Below, piece after piece: positions 18,836 through 27,789 of a stretch of DNA of 64,000 bases. The DNA lies in contig JBEHWX010000018.1 in the NCBI GenBank assembly GCA_048498995.1, positions 2,620 to 66,619 of the forward strand. The letters run 5' to 3'. A program made the translations under genes and the position numbers. Positions within the stretch are counted from its first letter, which is position 1, and every line of letters begins with the position of its first letter. This DNA is from Bacteroidota bacterium (GTDB lineage: Bacteria > Bacteroidota > Ignavibacteria > OLB7). Under the pieces are notes generated by a model. The model did no database searches, was not told the DNA's origin, and worked only from the letters and a program-made list of their open reading frames with translations.

Positions 18836-19792
18836 TCATCGCGGAGCCCCATCCGGATCGGTGTGGCGGATCGAGGAGAGCGGACGGATCGATTCCTGAA
18901 GAGATCGAGAGGGAAGTCTAGGATCGGCTTCCGGCGAATGCGTTCGCGTGGTGGTGACCTGATCTCGTCGAAGCTGAATGTCGACAGGCTCGCGGATACA
19001 CTCGACTCGGATGGGATGTCGAATCTCCTCCATGTCCCGTTCCCTCAGCTGCACGAGGCAGGTGGCGCCGGTATCGGCGGCAAGCCTCACCCGCATCCTC
19101 TCCTTGCGAAACCCGGTCGCCGCGACCTCGATCTCGTAATCGCCAGCACGGATGCCGCGCACCTGGAACTCTCCGTTCGGCGTGCTCAGGGCTCCCAGCC
19201 TGGTGTCGACAATCCGAATCGTCGCGCGCGGGATCGGCTCCCCCGCCGCGTCGACGATCCTCCCGCGCAGATGCGATGTCGGGTGCGGGGCAATGGCATC
19301 CGACGGCACGCGCGGAGGGATCGTATCGAGCGGCAGGGTTGCGTTCAAACGTCCGGAGGCGCGCCGCAGGAGAACATATCCCGGCCCGTACCCCGGCAGC
19401 GATGCCGTGATCCGGATCGGGGCGCTGTCGCGCGGAACCGCCAGCAGCACGGCCCCCTCGCGCGATGTCCTGCCGCAGCCGCCGCTATCGACGAGACAGA
19501 CGCAGGCATCGGCCAGCGGCCGTTTCCGGGGATCGACGACCGTGAGAAGCACCGTCGGCTCGGCGAAGGGAACCGGAGGAGGTGACACCACGATGAGGCG
19601 GGGATGGCGCACCACATCGATCTTCGGAAGCGGGCCGCCGCCGCCCGGCAACAGTGGCCGCGGTATGTCGTCGGTCGAGGCACAGCCGGCAACCCAGAGC
19701 AGGAGCAGTGAGAGCAGCAGCGGGATCGGCTCCATGCGTGATGCGTCTGGGCCAGCGTTCCTCACGCGACCTGCATGGCATCGAAAGGTCAT
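18836..19792 (-). CDS. Carboxypeptidase regulatory-like domain lipoprotein, paralog 1
   Basis: Lipobox WVAGC; LRGRIVDAAGEPIPRATI...GEFQVRGIRAGDYEI; GGAGG before the ATG. Confidence 0.75.
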   Translation of the reverse strand: MTFRCHAGRVRNAGPDASRMEPIPLLLSLLLLWVAGCASTDDIPRPLLPGGGGPLPKIDVVRHPRLIVVSPPPVPFAEPTVLLTVVDPRKRPLADACVCLVDSGGCGRTSREGAVLLAVPRDSAPIRITASLPGYGPGYVLLRRASGRLNATLPLDTIPPRVPSDAIAPHPTSHLRGRIVDAAGEPIPRATIRIVDTRLGALSTPNGEFQVRGIRAGDYEIEVAATGFRKERMRVRLAADTGATCLVQLRERDMEEIRHPIRVECIREPVDIQLRRDQVTTTRTHSPEADPRLPSRSLQESIRPLSSIRHTDPDGAPR

Positions 19793-19805
19793 TGGCAACC
19801 TCCCA

Positions 19806-20648
19806 TTATCTGGCTGGTTCGGTTTTCCCAGGGTGCGGGATGCTATTGGGAACGGGGCTCCTGGAGTTCATGGCAACGGCATCGGAAGCAGCCGGCCTCA
19901 AGAGCGGTGACCGATCGCACCCGGCCGATTGATGAATATTCCGCAGGTCACGCATGCCTTTGAAACGGCATATTGGACACGGGACCTCCCAGATCACGAG
20001 CCGAAGCAGTACGAGGCAAGAGACCGGACTTTCCTCGGCAAAATCGATGCTCATCGATTGAGGCTGGTACCCGACCATCGAGAATTTGACGTCGTGTATT
20101 CCCGCTGTCATTCCATGCACAAGGAACTCCCCATCGGGAACGCGCGCGAATGCCCCCAGTTCAGTTCCAACCAGCCTGATTACCGCGTGTGGAAGCGGCT
20201 CCCCGTTCGCGTCGATGAGACGTCCACGAAGTCGTGTGCTTTCATGCGCCTCGGATTCCGATGCTTCAGAACGCCCCGAGAGGGATTTGATAAGCGTGTC
20301 GAGCGGTAGCTCCAACATCGGGTAGCTCGCACCACGATCAAGGAGCAGCAGCCCCCGCTCATGCCCCGACAGTCTCACCTCAATGATGATCGGTCCGGTA
20401 CTGGCGACGGGGGTGAAAAACGCGATTCCGTCAATGCCGGTTTCCGTCGATAAGTCGCCACCGAGCTGGCGCGCACAGGCTCCAGGCAGCGGAGTGCCAC
20501 CCCGGTCCACGACCCGAAGAAGGATGTTTGGAGGAACAGCATTGCGCGTCGACGCGCAGCCAATGACGAGGGGCAGGAGCAGTGAGATCAGCAGCCGAAG
20601 CGCCACGCGATCAGAGGCTCCGGCGCGGGGCATGTGGAATGCATTCAT
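19806..20648 (-). CDS. Carboxypeptidase regulatory-like domain lipoprotein, paralog 2
   Basis: Lipobox LVIGC; LRGRLIDANGEPLPHAVI...GEFLV. Confidence 0.72.
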   Translation of the reverse strand: MNAFHMPRAGASDRVALRLLISLLLPLVIGCASTRNAVPPNILLRVVDRGGTPLPGACARQLGGDLSTETGIDGIAFFTPVASTGPIIIEVRLSGHERGLLLLDRGASYPMLELPLDTLIKSLSGRSEASESEAHESTRLRGRLIDANGEPLPHAVIRLVGTELGAFARVPDGEFLVHGMTAGIHDVKFSMVGYQPQSMSIDFAEESPVSCLVLLRLVIWEVPCPICRFKGMRDLRNIHQSAGCDRSPLLRPAASDAVAMNSRSPVPNSIPHPGKTEPAR

Positions 20649-21502
20649 CGCGGGCCTCCGTCGGGATCGTCGTAGCGGATCGAGCCCATCGAGCGGACCG
20701 TCTCCTGAAGTGAGCGCGTGGGGCGATCGGAGATCTCATCCACGTTCTGGTCGCGAACCGTGGCCGCGCGGTCGCGTATGATGTACGCGATGTGCGGATC
20801 CCATAGGGGTAGGCAGCGGCCGCGCACCGTGTCATCCCGCAGTTGTATGAGCCAGTACACCGCGCTGTCGGCCGCCACGTTGAATGTCACCCGAACGCGC
20901 ATGGATCCGATCACCGAGATCTCGGCTTCGTATGATCCCGGAGCAACGCTCCTCAGGTTGAACTCCCCCGCCGGCGGCTTCGAATATGCCCTTCGCTTCT
21001 CGCCGACGAGTTTTATCGTGCCACCGAGAACCGGCTTTCCATCCTCATCGATCAACTGTCCACGCAATGAGCCCATACCCCGCGGAGCCGTGGTATCATC
21101 AGGGGCCAGCTCGTCGATGCGCGCCAGCGCGAGCGTCAGGTGCAGCCGCGCCGAAGTCTTCGTCAGATAGAGGAAGCCATGTTCATACCCGGGCTTGTAC
21201 ACGGAGATCCGGATCGGCTCGCCATCTGCACAGCCGAGTACATGCACACCGCCATCAACCGCCGTGCAATTGTCGTCGACATCATCGTCCAGCGCGACGA
21301 CGCGGACATCAGGCAATGGAACGCCGGCGCGGTCAGTGACACGAAGAGCGACACCGGGTAAGGGAAGGACCGTTGAAACGGCCTCGCGCATCGCTCCGCA
21401 GCCGGTGAAAGAGAAAGCAGCGAGAAGCACGACGGCGCGGATGCCATTCAACCCGCGAGACCGGACATTGTGCGCAAGCGGCGTAACGCGTGACGATCTC
21501 AT
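20645..21502 (-). CDS. Carboxypeptidase regulatory-like domain lipoprotein, paralog 3
   Basis: Lipobox SFTGC; LRGQLIDEDGKPVLGGTI...GEFNL. Confidence 0.75.
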   Translation of the reverse strand: MRSSRVTPLAHNVRSRGLNGIRAVVLLAAFSFTGCGAMREAVSTVLPLPGVALRVTDRAGVPLPDVRVVALDDDVDDNCTAVDGGVHVLGCADGEPIRISVYKPGYEHGFLYLTKTSARLHLTLALARIDELAPDDTTAPRGMGSLRGQLIDEDGKPVLGGTIKLVGEKRRAYSKPPAGEFNLRSVAPGSYEAEISVIGSMRVRVTFNVAADSAVYWLIQLRDDTVRGRCLPLWDPHIAYIIRDRAATVRDQNVDEISDRPTRSLQETVRSMGSIRYDDPDGGPR

Positions 21503-21548
21503 CGCGGGCCTCCGTCGGGATCGTCGTAGCGGATCGAGCCCATCGAGC
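20645..21548. repeat. 50-bp perfect direct repeat (20645-20694 = 21499-21548) at the 3' ends of paralogs 3 and 4
   Basis: tcatcgcgggcctccgtcgggatcgtcgtagcggatcgagcccatcgagc occurs twice, with further near-identity beyond it. Confidence 0.9.
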
Positions 21549-22383
21549 AGACCGTTTCCAGGAGTGCGCGCGTGGGGCGATCGGCGATCTCATCCGGACT
21601 CTGCTCGCGAACCGTGCCCGCGCGGTCGCGTGTGAGGCAGTTGGGGCAAGAAAGTCCACAGGATACACTCAGACCATGTGCCGGACCATCCCGCAGTTGT
21701 ATGAGGCAAGACATCGCGCTGTCGGCCGCGGCATTGAATGGCACCCGAATGCGCAGGAATCCGACCGCCGAAAACTCGACATCGTACCGCCCGGGCCGGA
21801 TGTTCCACATTCGGAACTCCCCCCCGGGCGCTTTCGAGTAGCTTCCCTGCCTGGTGCCAACGAGATGAATCGTACAACCGACCACCGGGTTTCCATCCTT
21901 ATCGATCAGTCGTCCATGCAACGATCCCATCGTCGTCGGCACGTCTGGGCGCTCCCGGGACAACTCATCCAGGCATGACAGAGGGAGCGTGAGCTGAAAG
22001 CCGGCCGGGATGTTCGTCAGCTTAACGAAGCCTCGCTCATACCCGGGTTTGTTCACATAGATCCGGAGCGGCTCTTCGGCGGAGCTGATGATCCGCACAC
22101 TGCCATCAGCCGCTGTTCTCATGGTGACGATGCCATTCACGTACACCTCGGCATCCGAAATCGGCGCGCCCGCACGGTCGGTGACATGAAGGGCCAAGTC
22201 GTGGCGCGCGTCGGGGCAGGCGCTACGGACAATTCCCGGCATGCCGGTATCGGATAGTAGAGGCGCTGGAGCAGCGCCGAGTCGTGGCGGCAATCGAGCA
22301 ATCGTCTCCCGTGCGGCAACCCCGAGCTCCGCGGAGATCATCCGGCAGAGCATCATCACCATCATCCATCGTATCGCGAGCAT
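21499..22383 (-). CDS. Carboxypeptidase regulatory-like domain protein, paralog 4
   Basis: LHGRLIDKDGNPVVGCTI...GEFRMWNIRPGRYDV; GGAGG before ATG 22383. Confidence 0.7.
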   Translation of the reverse strand: MLAIRWMMVMMLCRMISAELGVAARETIARLPPRLGAAPAPLLSDTGMPGIVRSACPDARHDLALHVTDRAGAPISDAEVYVNGIVTMRTAADGSVRIISSAEEPLRIYVNKPGYERGFVKLTNIPAGFQLTLPLSCLDELSRERPDVPTTMGSLHGRLIDKDGNPVVGCTIHLVGTRQGSYSKAPGGEFRMWNIRPGRYDVEFSAVGFLRIRVPFNAAADSAMSCLIQLRDGPAHGLSVSCGLSCPNCLTRDRAGTVREQSPDEIADRPTRALLETVCSMGSIRYDDPDGGPR

Positions 22384-22555
22384 CTCATCACCTCCATCAC
22401 CTGGAGAAACAGAGCCTGTCCGCTTCAACCTACACGGCAACGCGCGCGAAGGTTACTGAGGAGAATTGAGAATGATGAATGCAGAATGATGAAATCGTTG
22501 CCAGCCTGGGATGAAGCGCCATGATGCCCCACCGCAAGACCTGCTCGGCGCATTG

Positions 22556-22888
22556 GTAGCAGCACGTCTTCAGCGTGCGCTGTTCGCGGTATCACGGCGC
22601 AGCCTGAAGAGCTGCGCCTACGCCTGAGACGGGGAGCCTTGTTCGTCCGGTAGCCGCACGTCTTCAGCGTGCGCCATGTTGTGGATACACTGGCAAGGTG
22701 GCCCCGGCACGGAGCGTTCATCGCTCACACCATGCGTTGCCGGGAGCGCATATGTACGCCGCCGATGGCGGGCGGGGAATGTTCAACGATCGGTATACGA
22801 TACGAGACCACAATGTCACTGACGATGGGTCGAGAGAGCTATGATGCATGCGTGGGGCAAACCGCGCACGCTGAAGACGTGCGCCTAC
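22556..22888. repeat. Four GTAG-type REP copies as two inverted pairs (22556-22579+, 22598-22621-, 22650-22673+, 22865-22888-)
   Basis: Consensus GTAG(G/C)CGCACGTCTTCAGCGTGCG; one variant has a compensatory stem CGCAGC/GCTGCG. Confidence 0.85.
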
Positions 22889-22967
22889 CTTGGGGTGCCG
22901 TGGGCGTTGGGAGCGTTCGGTGACGGGCATCACAACTGAATAGTTCAAACGACACCTCCGCGCCCGC

Positions 22968-24422
22968 TCACGATCGCAATTCCCGGCGCGCTATCCGGCC
23001 GAGCGTCGTCACGGCCTGTTCGATCCGGTCGGACCAGGGGAAGCCGCAGTTCAGGCGGATGAAATTCCGGTAGCGTCCCTTGGCCGAGAAGATCGTCCCG
23101 GGCGCAATCCCGATCTTCTTCTCCAGGCCGCGCCGGTGCAGCTCCAGCGCGTCCAGCTCCGGCGGCAGCTCCACCCAGAGCACGAACCCGCCCTGCGGCC
23201 GCGTCACCTTCGTCCCCTCCGGAAAGGAGGCGGCCACCGCCTGCGCCATCAGCTTCGTCTGCACGCTGAAGGCCTGCCGCAGTCCGCGCAGGTGGCGGTC
23301 GTAGCCGCCGTCGGCCAGGAGCCGGGCCACCACCATCTGCTGCAGGGTCGGCGTGGCGACGCTCGTCATCAGCTTCAAACGCTCAACCTGCTCACGGTAG
23401 CGTCCCGGCGCCGTCCACCCGACGCGGTAGCCGGGGGCGAGCGTCTTCGAGAAGGAGGAGCAGAGAAGCACCAGTCCATCCTTATCGTACGACTTCACCG
23501 TCCGCGGGCGGGCGGTGCCGAAGTGGAGATCGCCGTAGAGATCATCCTCGATCAGCGGTATCTCCCGCTCGGCGAGCATCGCGGCCAGACGCTCCTTCTT
23601 GTCGTCCGGCATCAGGCTGCCGAGCGGCTGATTGAAGTTCGGGATCACCAGACACGCGGCCACCTTCCGCCGCGAGAGCGCTTCCTCCAGCGCGTCCAGG
23701 CAGAGGCCGGTGCGCGGATCGGTGGCGACCTCGAGCGCCTTCAGGCCGAGGCTCTGCATCGCCTGCAGGACGCCGAAGTAGGTGGGAGATTCGATCGCGA
23801 TCGTATCGCCGGGACGCGCCACCGCGCGCAGGCAGAGATTGAGCGCCTCCATGCAGCCGACGGTGGTGACGATATCCTCGGCCCCCAGCGAGCATCCCCA
23901 GTCGATCGAGCGGCGCGCGATCTGGCGACGGAGCGGCGCGTGGCCGGGCGGAAGATCGTACGTCACCGCCTCGTCGGGATGCTCGCGGAGCACCTCGATC
24001 ATCAGCTTCCTCAGCTTCGTCACCGGCAGAAGCTCCGGGCTCGGCGAGGCGGCGCCGAGCGGGGCGAACGTGGGATCGGCCGCGGCGGTGAACACGCGCG
24101 CCACCTGCTCGTCGACACCGACATCGGTCGCCGCCAGCGACGGTCGCGAGGTGGTCGGCTCCGGTGGTAGCTCGCGGGTACGATACGCCACGTAGAACCC
24201 GGAGCGGGGACGCGACTCGATCAGCCCACGGCTCTCCAGCAGGAAGTACGCCTGGAACGCCGTCGACATGCTCACCCGCTGCCGCTGGCTCACCTGCCGC
24301 ACCGAGGGTATCCGCTCCCCCGGCTTGAGCACTCCCTGCTCGATCATCTTCTCCACCCTCGCGGCCACCTGCTCGTAGAGGAGGCCATCTCTTCCGTTGT
24401 TCTCCCGACGTGTCGCCATCAC
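22968..24422 (-). CDS. MocR/GntR-family PLP-dependent transcriptional regulator
   Basis: GERIPSVR wHTH; IAIESPTY, IEDDLYGDL and SSFSKTLAPGYRVGW. Confidence 0.93.
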   Translation of the reverse strand: MMATRRENNGRDGLLYEQVAARVEKMIEQGVLKPGERIPSVRQVSQRQRVSMSTAFQAYFLLESRGLIESRPRSGFYVAYRTRELPPEPTTSRPSLAATDVGVDEQVARVFTAAADPTFAPLGAASPSPELLPVTKLRKLMIEVLREHPDEAVTYDLPPGHAPLRRQIARRSIDWGCSLGAEDIVTTVGCMEALNLCLRAVARPGDTIAIESPTYFGVLQAMQSLGLKALEVATDPRTGLCLDALEEALSRRKVAACLVIPNFNQPLGSLMPDDKKERLAAMLAEREIPLIEDDLYGDLHFGTARPRTVKSYDKDGLVLLCSSFSKTLAPGYRVGWTAPGRYREQVERLKLMTSVATPTLQQMVVARLLADGGYDRHLRGLRQAFSVQTKLMAQAVAASFPEGTKVTRPQGGFVLWVELPPELDALELHRRGLEKKIGIAPGTIFSAKGRYRNFIRLNCGFPWSDRIEQAVTTLGRIARRELRS

Positions 24423-24473
24423 CCGTTTCTCTTTGTATCGATGCCTGAAATCCGCGCTGGATCGACGAATCTA

Positions 24474-24509
24474 AACTGATCTGGTCGTGAAAGCAATCAA
24501 CTGAATCTG
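24474..24509. promoter_or_regulatory. Direct repeats AACTGA(A)TCTG, candidate MocR operator
   Basis: aactgatctg at 24474-24483 and aactgaatctg at 24499-24509 in the divergent intergenic region. Confidence 0.55.
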
Positions 24510-24548
24510 TTCCGGTCGTCTCCGATCGGATAGCTTGCGTTCGTACTC

Positions 24549-24974
24549 ATGATTGCGAGGGAAATGACGATGAACACGAAAGCAATGCGGCACGATGGGG
24601 AAGTCGCCTCGGGAAGAGCGGTGTATCCCGACCTGATCGATCTGGCATCCGGAAGTGTGCGGGCCTGGTCGCCGGACGGGAAGCAGATCGTGATCGTGGC
24701 GGTGGAGGGAGCTGTATGGATAACGCAGACCGCGGGGACGCGTGATCTGATTCTCAGACGCGGAGAAACGTTCCGATCGCGCGGCGAGGGACGGGTGGTC
24801 GTGGAGACGCTGACGCCGAGGGCACGGGTGGCGATCAGGTGGAGCGCGCCGGCGGCGACGACGGCGCGCGGATCGATGATGAGCAGAATCAGGGGGTATC
24901 TCGGCGTGCTCTTCGCCGGGCGTCGCGCGGCGACCGGACGCGTCCCGGGCGGACGCGCTCCGATGGGATGCTGA
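24549..24974 (+). CDS. DUF2917 domain protein
   Basis: EGAVWITQ...DLILRRGETF motif; divergent from MocR; start may be 24570. Confidence 0.8.
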   Translation: MIAREMTMNTKAMRHDGEVASGRAVYPDLIDLASGSVRAWSPDGKQIVIVAVEGAVWITQTAGTRDLILRRGETFRSRGEGRVVVETLTPRARVAIRWSAPAATTARGSMMSRIRGYLGVLFAGRRAATGRVPGGRAPMGC

Positions 24975-25167
24975 AGCATGGAGGGCGCATCGCGAGCGCC
25001 ATATCGCGGAGCGCCGAACGGCTCGAAGCCGGGCCGGTCTGAAGGCGACTAAGTCACACGGGACTACGAGGGGCCGCCTTCTTCCGGTACCGGCTTCGGC
25101 CGGGGCAATCATCCCGCCGTATCGCCGGCCACGCGCCGGCGATACGATCGTAGAGCGCCTCCGCGCG

Positions 25168-26580
25168 TCAGCCTGCCGACGTGGTCCGGTGCTCGCGCGC
25201 ACGCGCGCGGACCTGCTCCAGCGTGTGCTCGACCAGCAGATCTCCGTTTTCGAAGACGGTCACGAGCTCCGAGGCAAGTCCCCGCTCCCGCGCCTCGCTC
25301 TCGTGCAGCGTGATCAGCTTCCCTTCCCCATCCCGCACCAGATCGAGGCGGCCCCGCTTGGAGCGCTTGCCGTGATCGGTCACCGGATCCTTGAAGATCT
25401 CCACGCTCTTCCCCTCGATCACCGCGTGGCTCGCCTTCATCGCGAACTTCTGCGTGTCGCGATTCACCTGCTGCAACAGCCCGCCCCCCATGCCGAAGTT
25501 GATGTTCGAGATGCTGTAGCCGTTCTCCAGCAGGATCGAGAGGATGGCCGCGATCGAGCTCTCGTCGATGCCGTCTCCCTGAATCACCCGAACGTGGTTG
25601 AGCACCTTGTAGCCCTTGGTGTTGACCACGCTGCCGAAGGCCTCCTCCAGCAGCTGCACGCAGGCGAGCACGATCGAGGAGGGATCTCCCGAATCGGGGC
25701 GGACCACCAGCGTGGCGCCGGAGGCAATCACCTCGTCGCGCAGCTCCTTCCCCCAGATGTTCGAGATGGCGTTGAAGATGTCGTAGCTGTCGGAGACACA
25801 GGCGACGATCGAGCCCGGCCGCGCGAACTGCCGGAGCATGTTCCGGTAGGCATCGGCCTCGTGCTCGCGTCCCCACGCGGTGATCGTGGAATGCTCGGCG
25901 GCGGGGATCGAGAAGCCGGCCATTCCGGCGCCGTAATACTCGTTGGCGAGCATCACCCCCATCACCGTATCCGAGCCGAGGAAGTTCACCAGGTGCGAGG
26001 CGCCGCCGATCGCCGCGGTCTCGCGCGAGGAAACGCCGCGCGCGCCGAAGTCATGCAGCTTGAAGGAGATCTCCCCCTCCGGATCGTCGGCGCTCCGCTC
26101 GAGCGCGTCGAGGATCATGCCGCGGATGGTGAAGCTCCGCGTGGCCACCCCGATCGGATACCAGACGCGCATCAGCATCGTCTCCAACCAGCTGGTGAGC
26201 CACGGCAGCTCCGGATCGGTGTTCTCCACGGTGACCAGCACGTTGTGCGTATCGACCACCATCCCCTCCGGCACCGCCTTGATCCTGACCGGGATACGTC
26301 CACCATGTTCGGTCACGATCCGCATCCATCCGGCCTCGTTGAACGGCTCGCCGTGCGCCGCGAAGAACTCGCGCGCCTCGGCCACCATCTCCTCGGTGAC
26401 GACCGCGCCGGCCAGATACCGCTTCAGGATGTACTGGAGTCCGAAGAAGAGCGTGTGGGGGTAGCGGCCGCCGCGCGACTCGATGTAGGAATAGACCTGC
26501 GTGGTGCCGGCCGGATACTGCAGGTAATGCGACGCCTTGTAGGAGTCGACGTCGAGGATCAGATTTTCAATACCCTTCAT
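25168..26580 (-). CDS. nadV: Nicotinamide phosphoribosyltransferase (NAMPT)
   Basis: DSYKASH, KLHDFGARG, SIPAAEHSTIT, VSDSYD, VVRPDSGDP, IQGDG and FGMGGGLLQ..NRDT. Confidence 0.95.
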   Translation of the reverse strand: MKGIENLILDVDSYKASHYLQYPAGTTQVYSYIESRGGRYPHTLFFGLQYILKRYLAGAVVTEEMVAEAREFFAAHGEPFNEAGWMRIVTEHGGRIPVRIKAVPEGMVVDTHNVLVTVENTDPELPWLTSWLETMLMRVWYPIGVATRSFTIRGMILDALERSADDPEGEISFKLHDFGARGVSSRETAAIGGASHLVNFLGSDTVMGVMLANEYYGAGMAGFSIPAAEHSTITAWGREHEADAYRNMLRQFARPGSIVACVSDSYDIFNAISNIWGKELRDEVIASGATLVVRPDSGDPSSIVLACVQLLEEAFGSVVNTKGYKVLNHVRVIQGDGIDESSIAAILSILLENGYSISNINFGMGGGLLQQVNRDTQKFAMKASHAVIEGKSVEIFKDPVTDHGKRSKRGRLDLVRDGEGKLITLHESEARERGLASELVTVFENGDLLVEHTLEQVRARAREHRTTSAG

Positions 26581-26587
26581 GATGACA

Positions 26588-26623
26588 TCTCCTGTCGATT
26601 CGGGTCTTCCCCACTCTCCGTGG
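26588..26623 (-). promoter_or_regulatory. Hairpin CCCAC-GGAGA-GTGGG plus SD (motif copy C) upstream of nadV
   Basis: 5-bp stem and 5-nt loop, 16 nt before GGAGA. Confidence 0.5.
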
Positions 26624-26637
26624 GGGTGAATGTGGAA

Positions 26638-27672
26638 TTACGATGCGCGATGGCCTGACTGAAGAAAGTGCATGACGATGTGGAGATGGTCCTCGAACCA
26701 CTCCTCCTCGCGCGCGATCGCCTCGAAGAAGGGGAGCCAGAGCGCTCGCTCGGCATCGTCGGAGCCCTTCACGCGGGGAAGCTCTCCCTCGCCGAGATCG
26801 ATGTAGTAGGCGTGCGTGATAGTGCGCCCGCGCAGCGAGCGGTTGGGATAGTCGAAGACCTTCACCGAGGCCACCCGCTCGCGGAGCTCGGCGACCTTCA
26901 CCTGAATCTTCGTCTCCTCCCGGAGCTCGCGGAGCGCTCCCTTCAGCAGCGTCTCGTTCGGCCGGACGAACCCGCCGGGGAGGGCCAGCAGCCCCTTGCC
27001 CGGATAGGAGCGGCGGCGCACCGCCAGCACATGTCCGGAGCGGACCACCACCGAGTCGGTGGTCACGAAGGTCGGCTCGTAGGGAGCTCCTTCCCAGAGC
27101 TTCCGATAGTCGCGCAGGTAGCGATACTCCTCGACGAGCGCGGCGAAGTGCCGGCTCGATCGGAACGTCTCCATGTGCGACGCGATCGGCGGCGGGACCA
27201 GCTTGGTCCAGTCGGATCCTCCCTCGAAATAATCGCGGCGGATCTCGGTGGCGCTCACCCGCTGCAGCGATCCCGGCTGCTGATCCTGCCATTGCGGAAA
27301 CGAGCGGAGATAGCTCGTGGACTCATCCTTCGCGTTGCCGAACAGGCAGATCTCCTCCTCCGGATCCTCGACGATCTCCTTCACCTTCCCCTGGACCTCG
27401 GAGAGCCAGAGGTTGTCGTTGTTGAAGTAGTCGCGGACATGGACCACGTCGAGCCGCTCCTGATGCTCGGGACGAAGCGCCGCGCGGATCATCTCCTCCC
27501 GCTCCTCGGCGCGCCACGGGTTCTTGACGGTCCTGGCGCCACGGGCGCTGCCGATCACGATGATCACCCGGTCCGACTGCGCGAAGGCGGCGTTGACCAG
27601 GGAAAGGTGTCCGTCGTGGAACGGCTGGAAGCGGCCGATGACCACGCCATAGGCATAACGTGCATCGTTCAT
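26638..27672 (-). CDS. nadM: Bifunctional NMN adenylyltransferase / ADP-ribose pyrophosphatase (NadM-Nudix)
   Basis: IGRFQPFHDGH, SATEIR, Nudix box GGF...ALRELREET and RSLRGRTIT. Confidence 0.93.
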   Translation of the reverse strand: MNDARYAYGVVIGRFQPFHDGHLSLVNAAFAQSDRVIIVIGSARGARTVKNPWRAEEREEMIRAALRPEHQERLDVVHVRDYFNNDNLWLSEVQGKVKEIVEDPEEEICLFGNAKDESTSYLRSFPQWQDQQPGSLQRVSATEIRRDYFEGGSDWTKLVPPPIASHMETFRSSRHFAALVEEYRYLRDYRKLWEGAPYEPTFVTTDSVVVRSGHVLAVRRRSYPGKGLLALPGGFVRPNETLLKGALRELREETKIQVKVAELRERVASVKVFDYPNRSLRGRTITHAYYIDLGEGELPRVKGSDDAERALWLPFFEAIAREEEWFEDHLHIVMHFLQSGHRAS

Positions 27673-27785
27673 CGTGCCGTCTCCTGAAATGTCGCGAGGA
27701 AGAGGGAAGGAAGTGCGTGTGGGATGTGCCGCTCCGGGCACCGATGGAACGGCGAGGCCGCCGTCCGGCAGAGGTCGTACCGCAT
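27669..27785 (-). CDS. Candidate 38-aa leader uORF coupled to nadM
   Basis: GGAGAcatcATG; MRYDLC...FQETAR*; its TGA overlaps the nadM ATG. Confidence 0.35.
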   Translation of the reverse strand: MRYDLCRTAASPFHRCPERHIPHALPSLFLATFQETAR

Positions 27786-27789
27786 GATG

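Noticed and set aside
22556-22888. CRISPR array from the 24-bp repeats
   Set aside because: Alternating orientation and irregular spacing fit REP elements
25168-27672. Prophage-borne anti-defence locus
   Set aside because: No integrase, structural or other phage genes nearby
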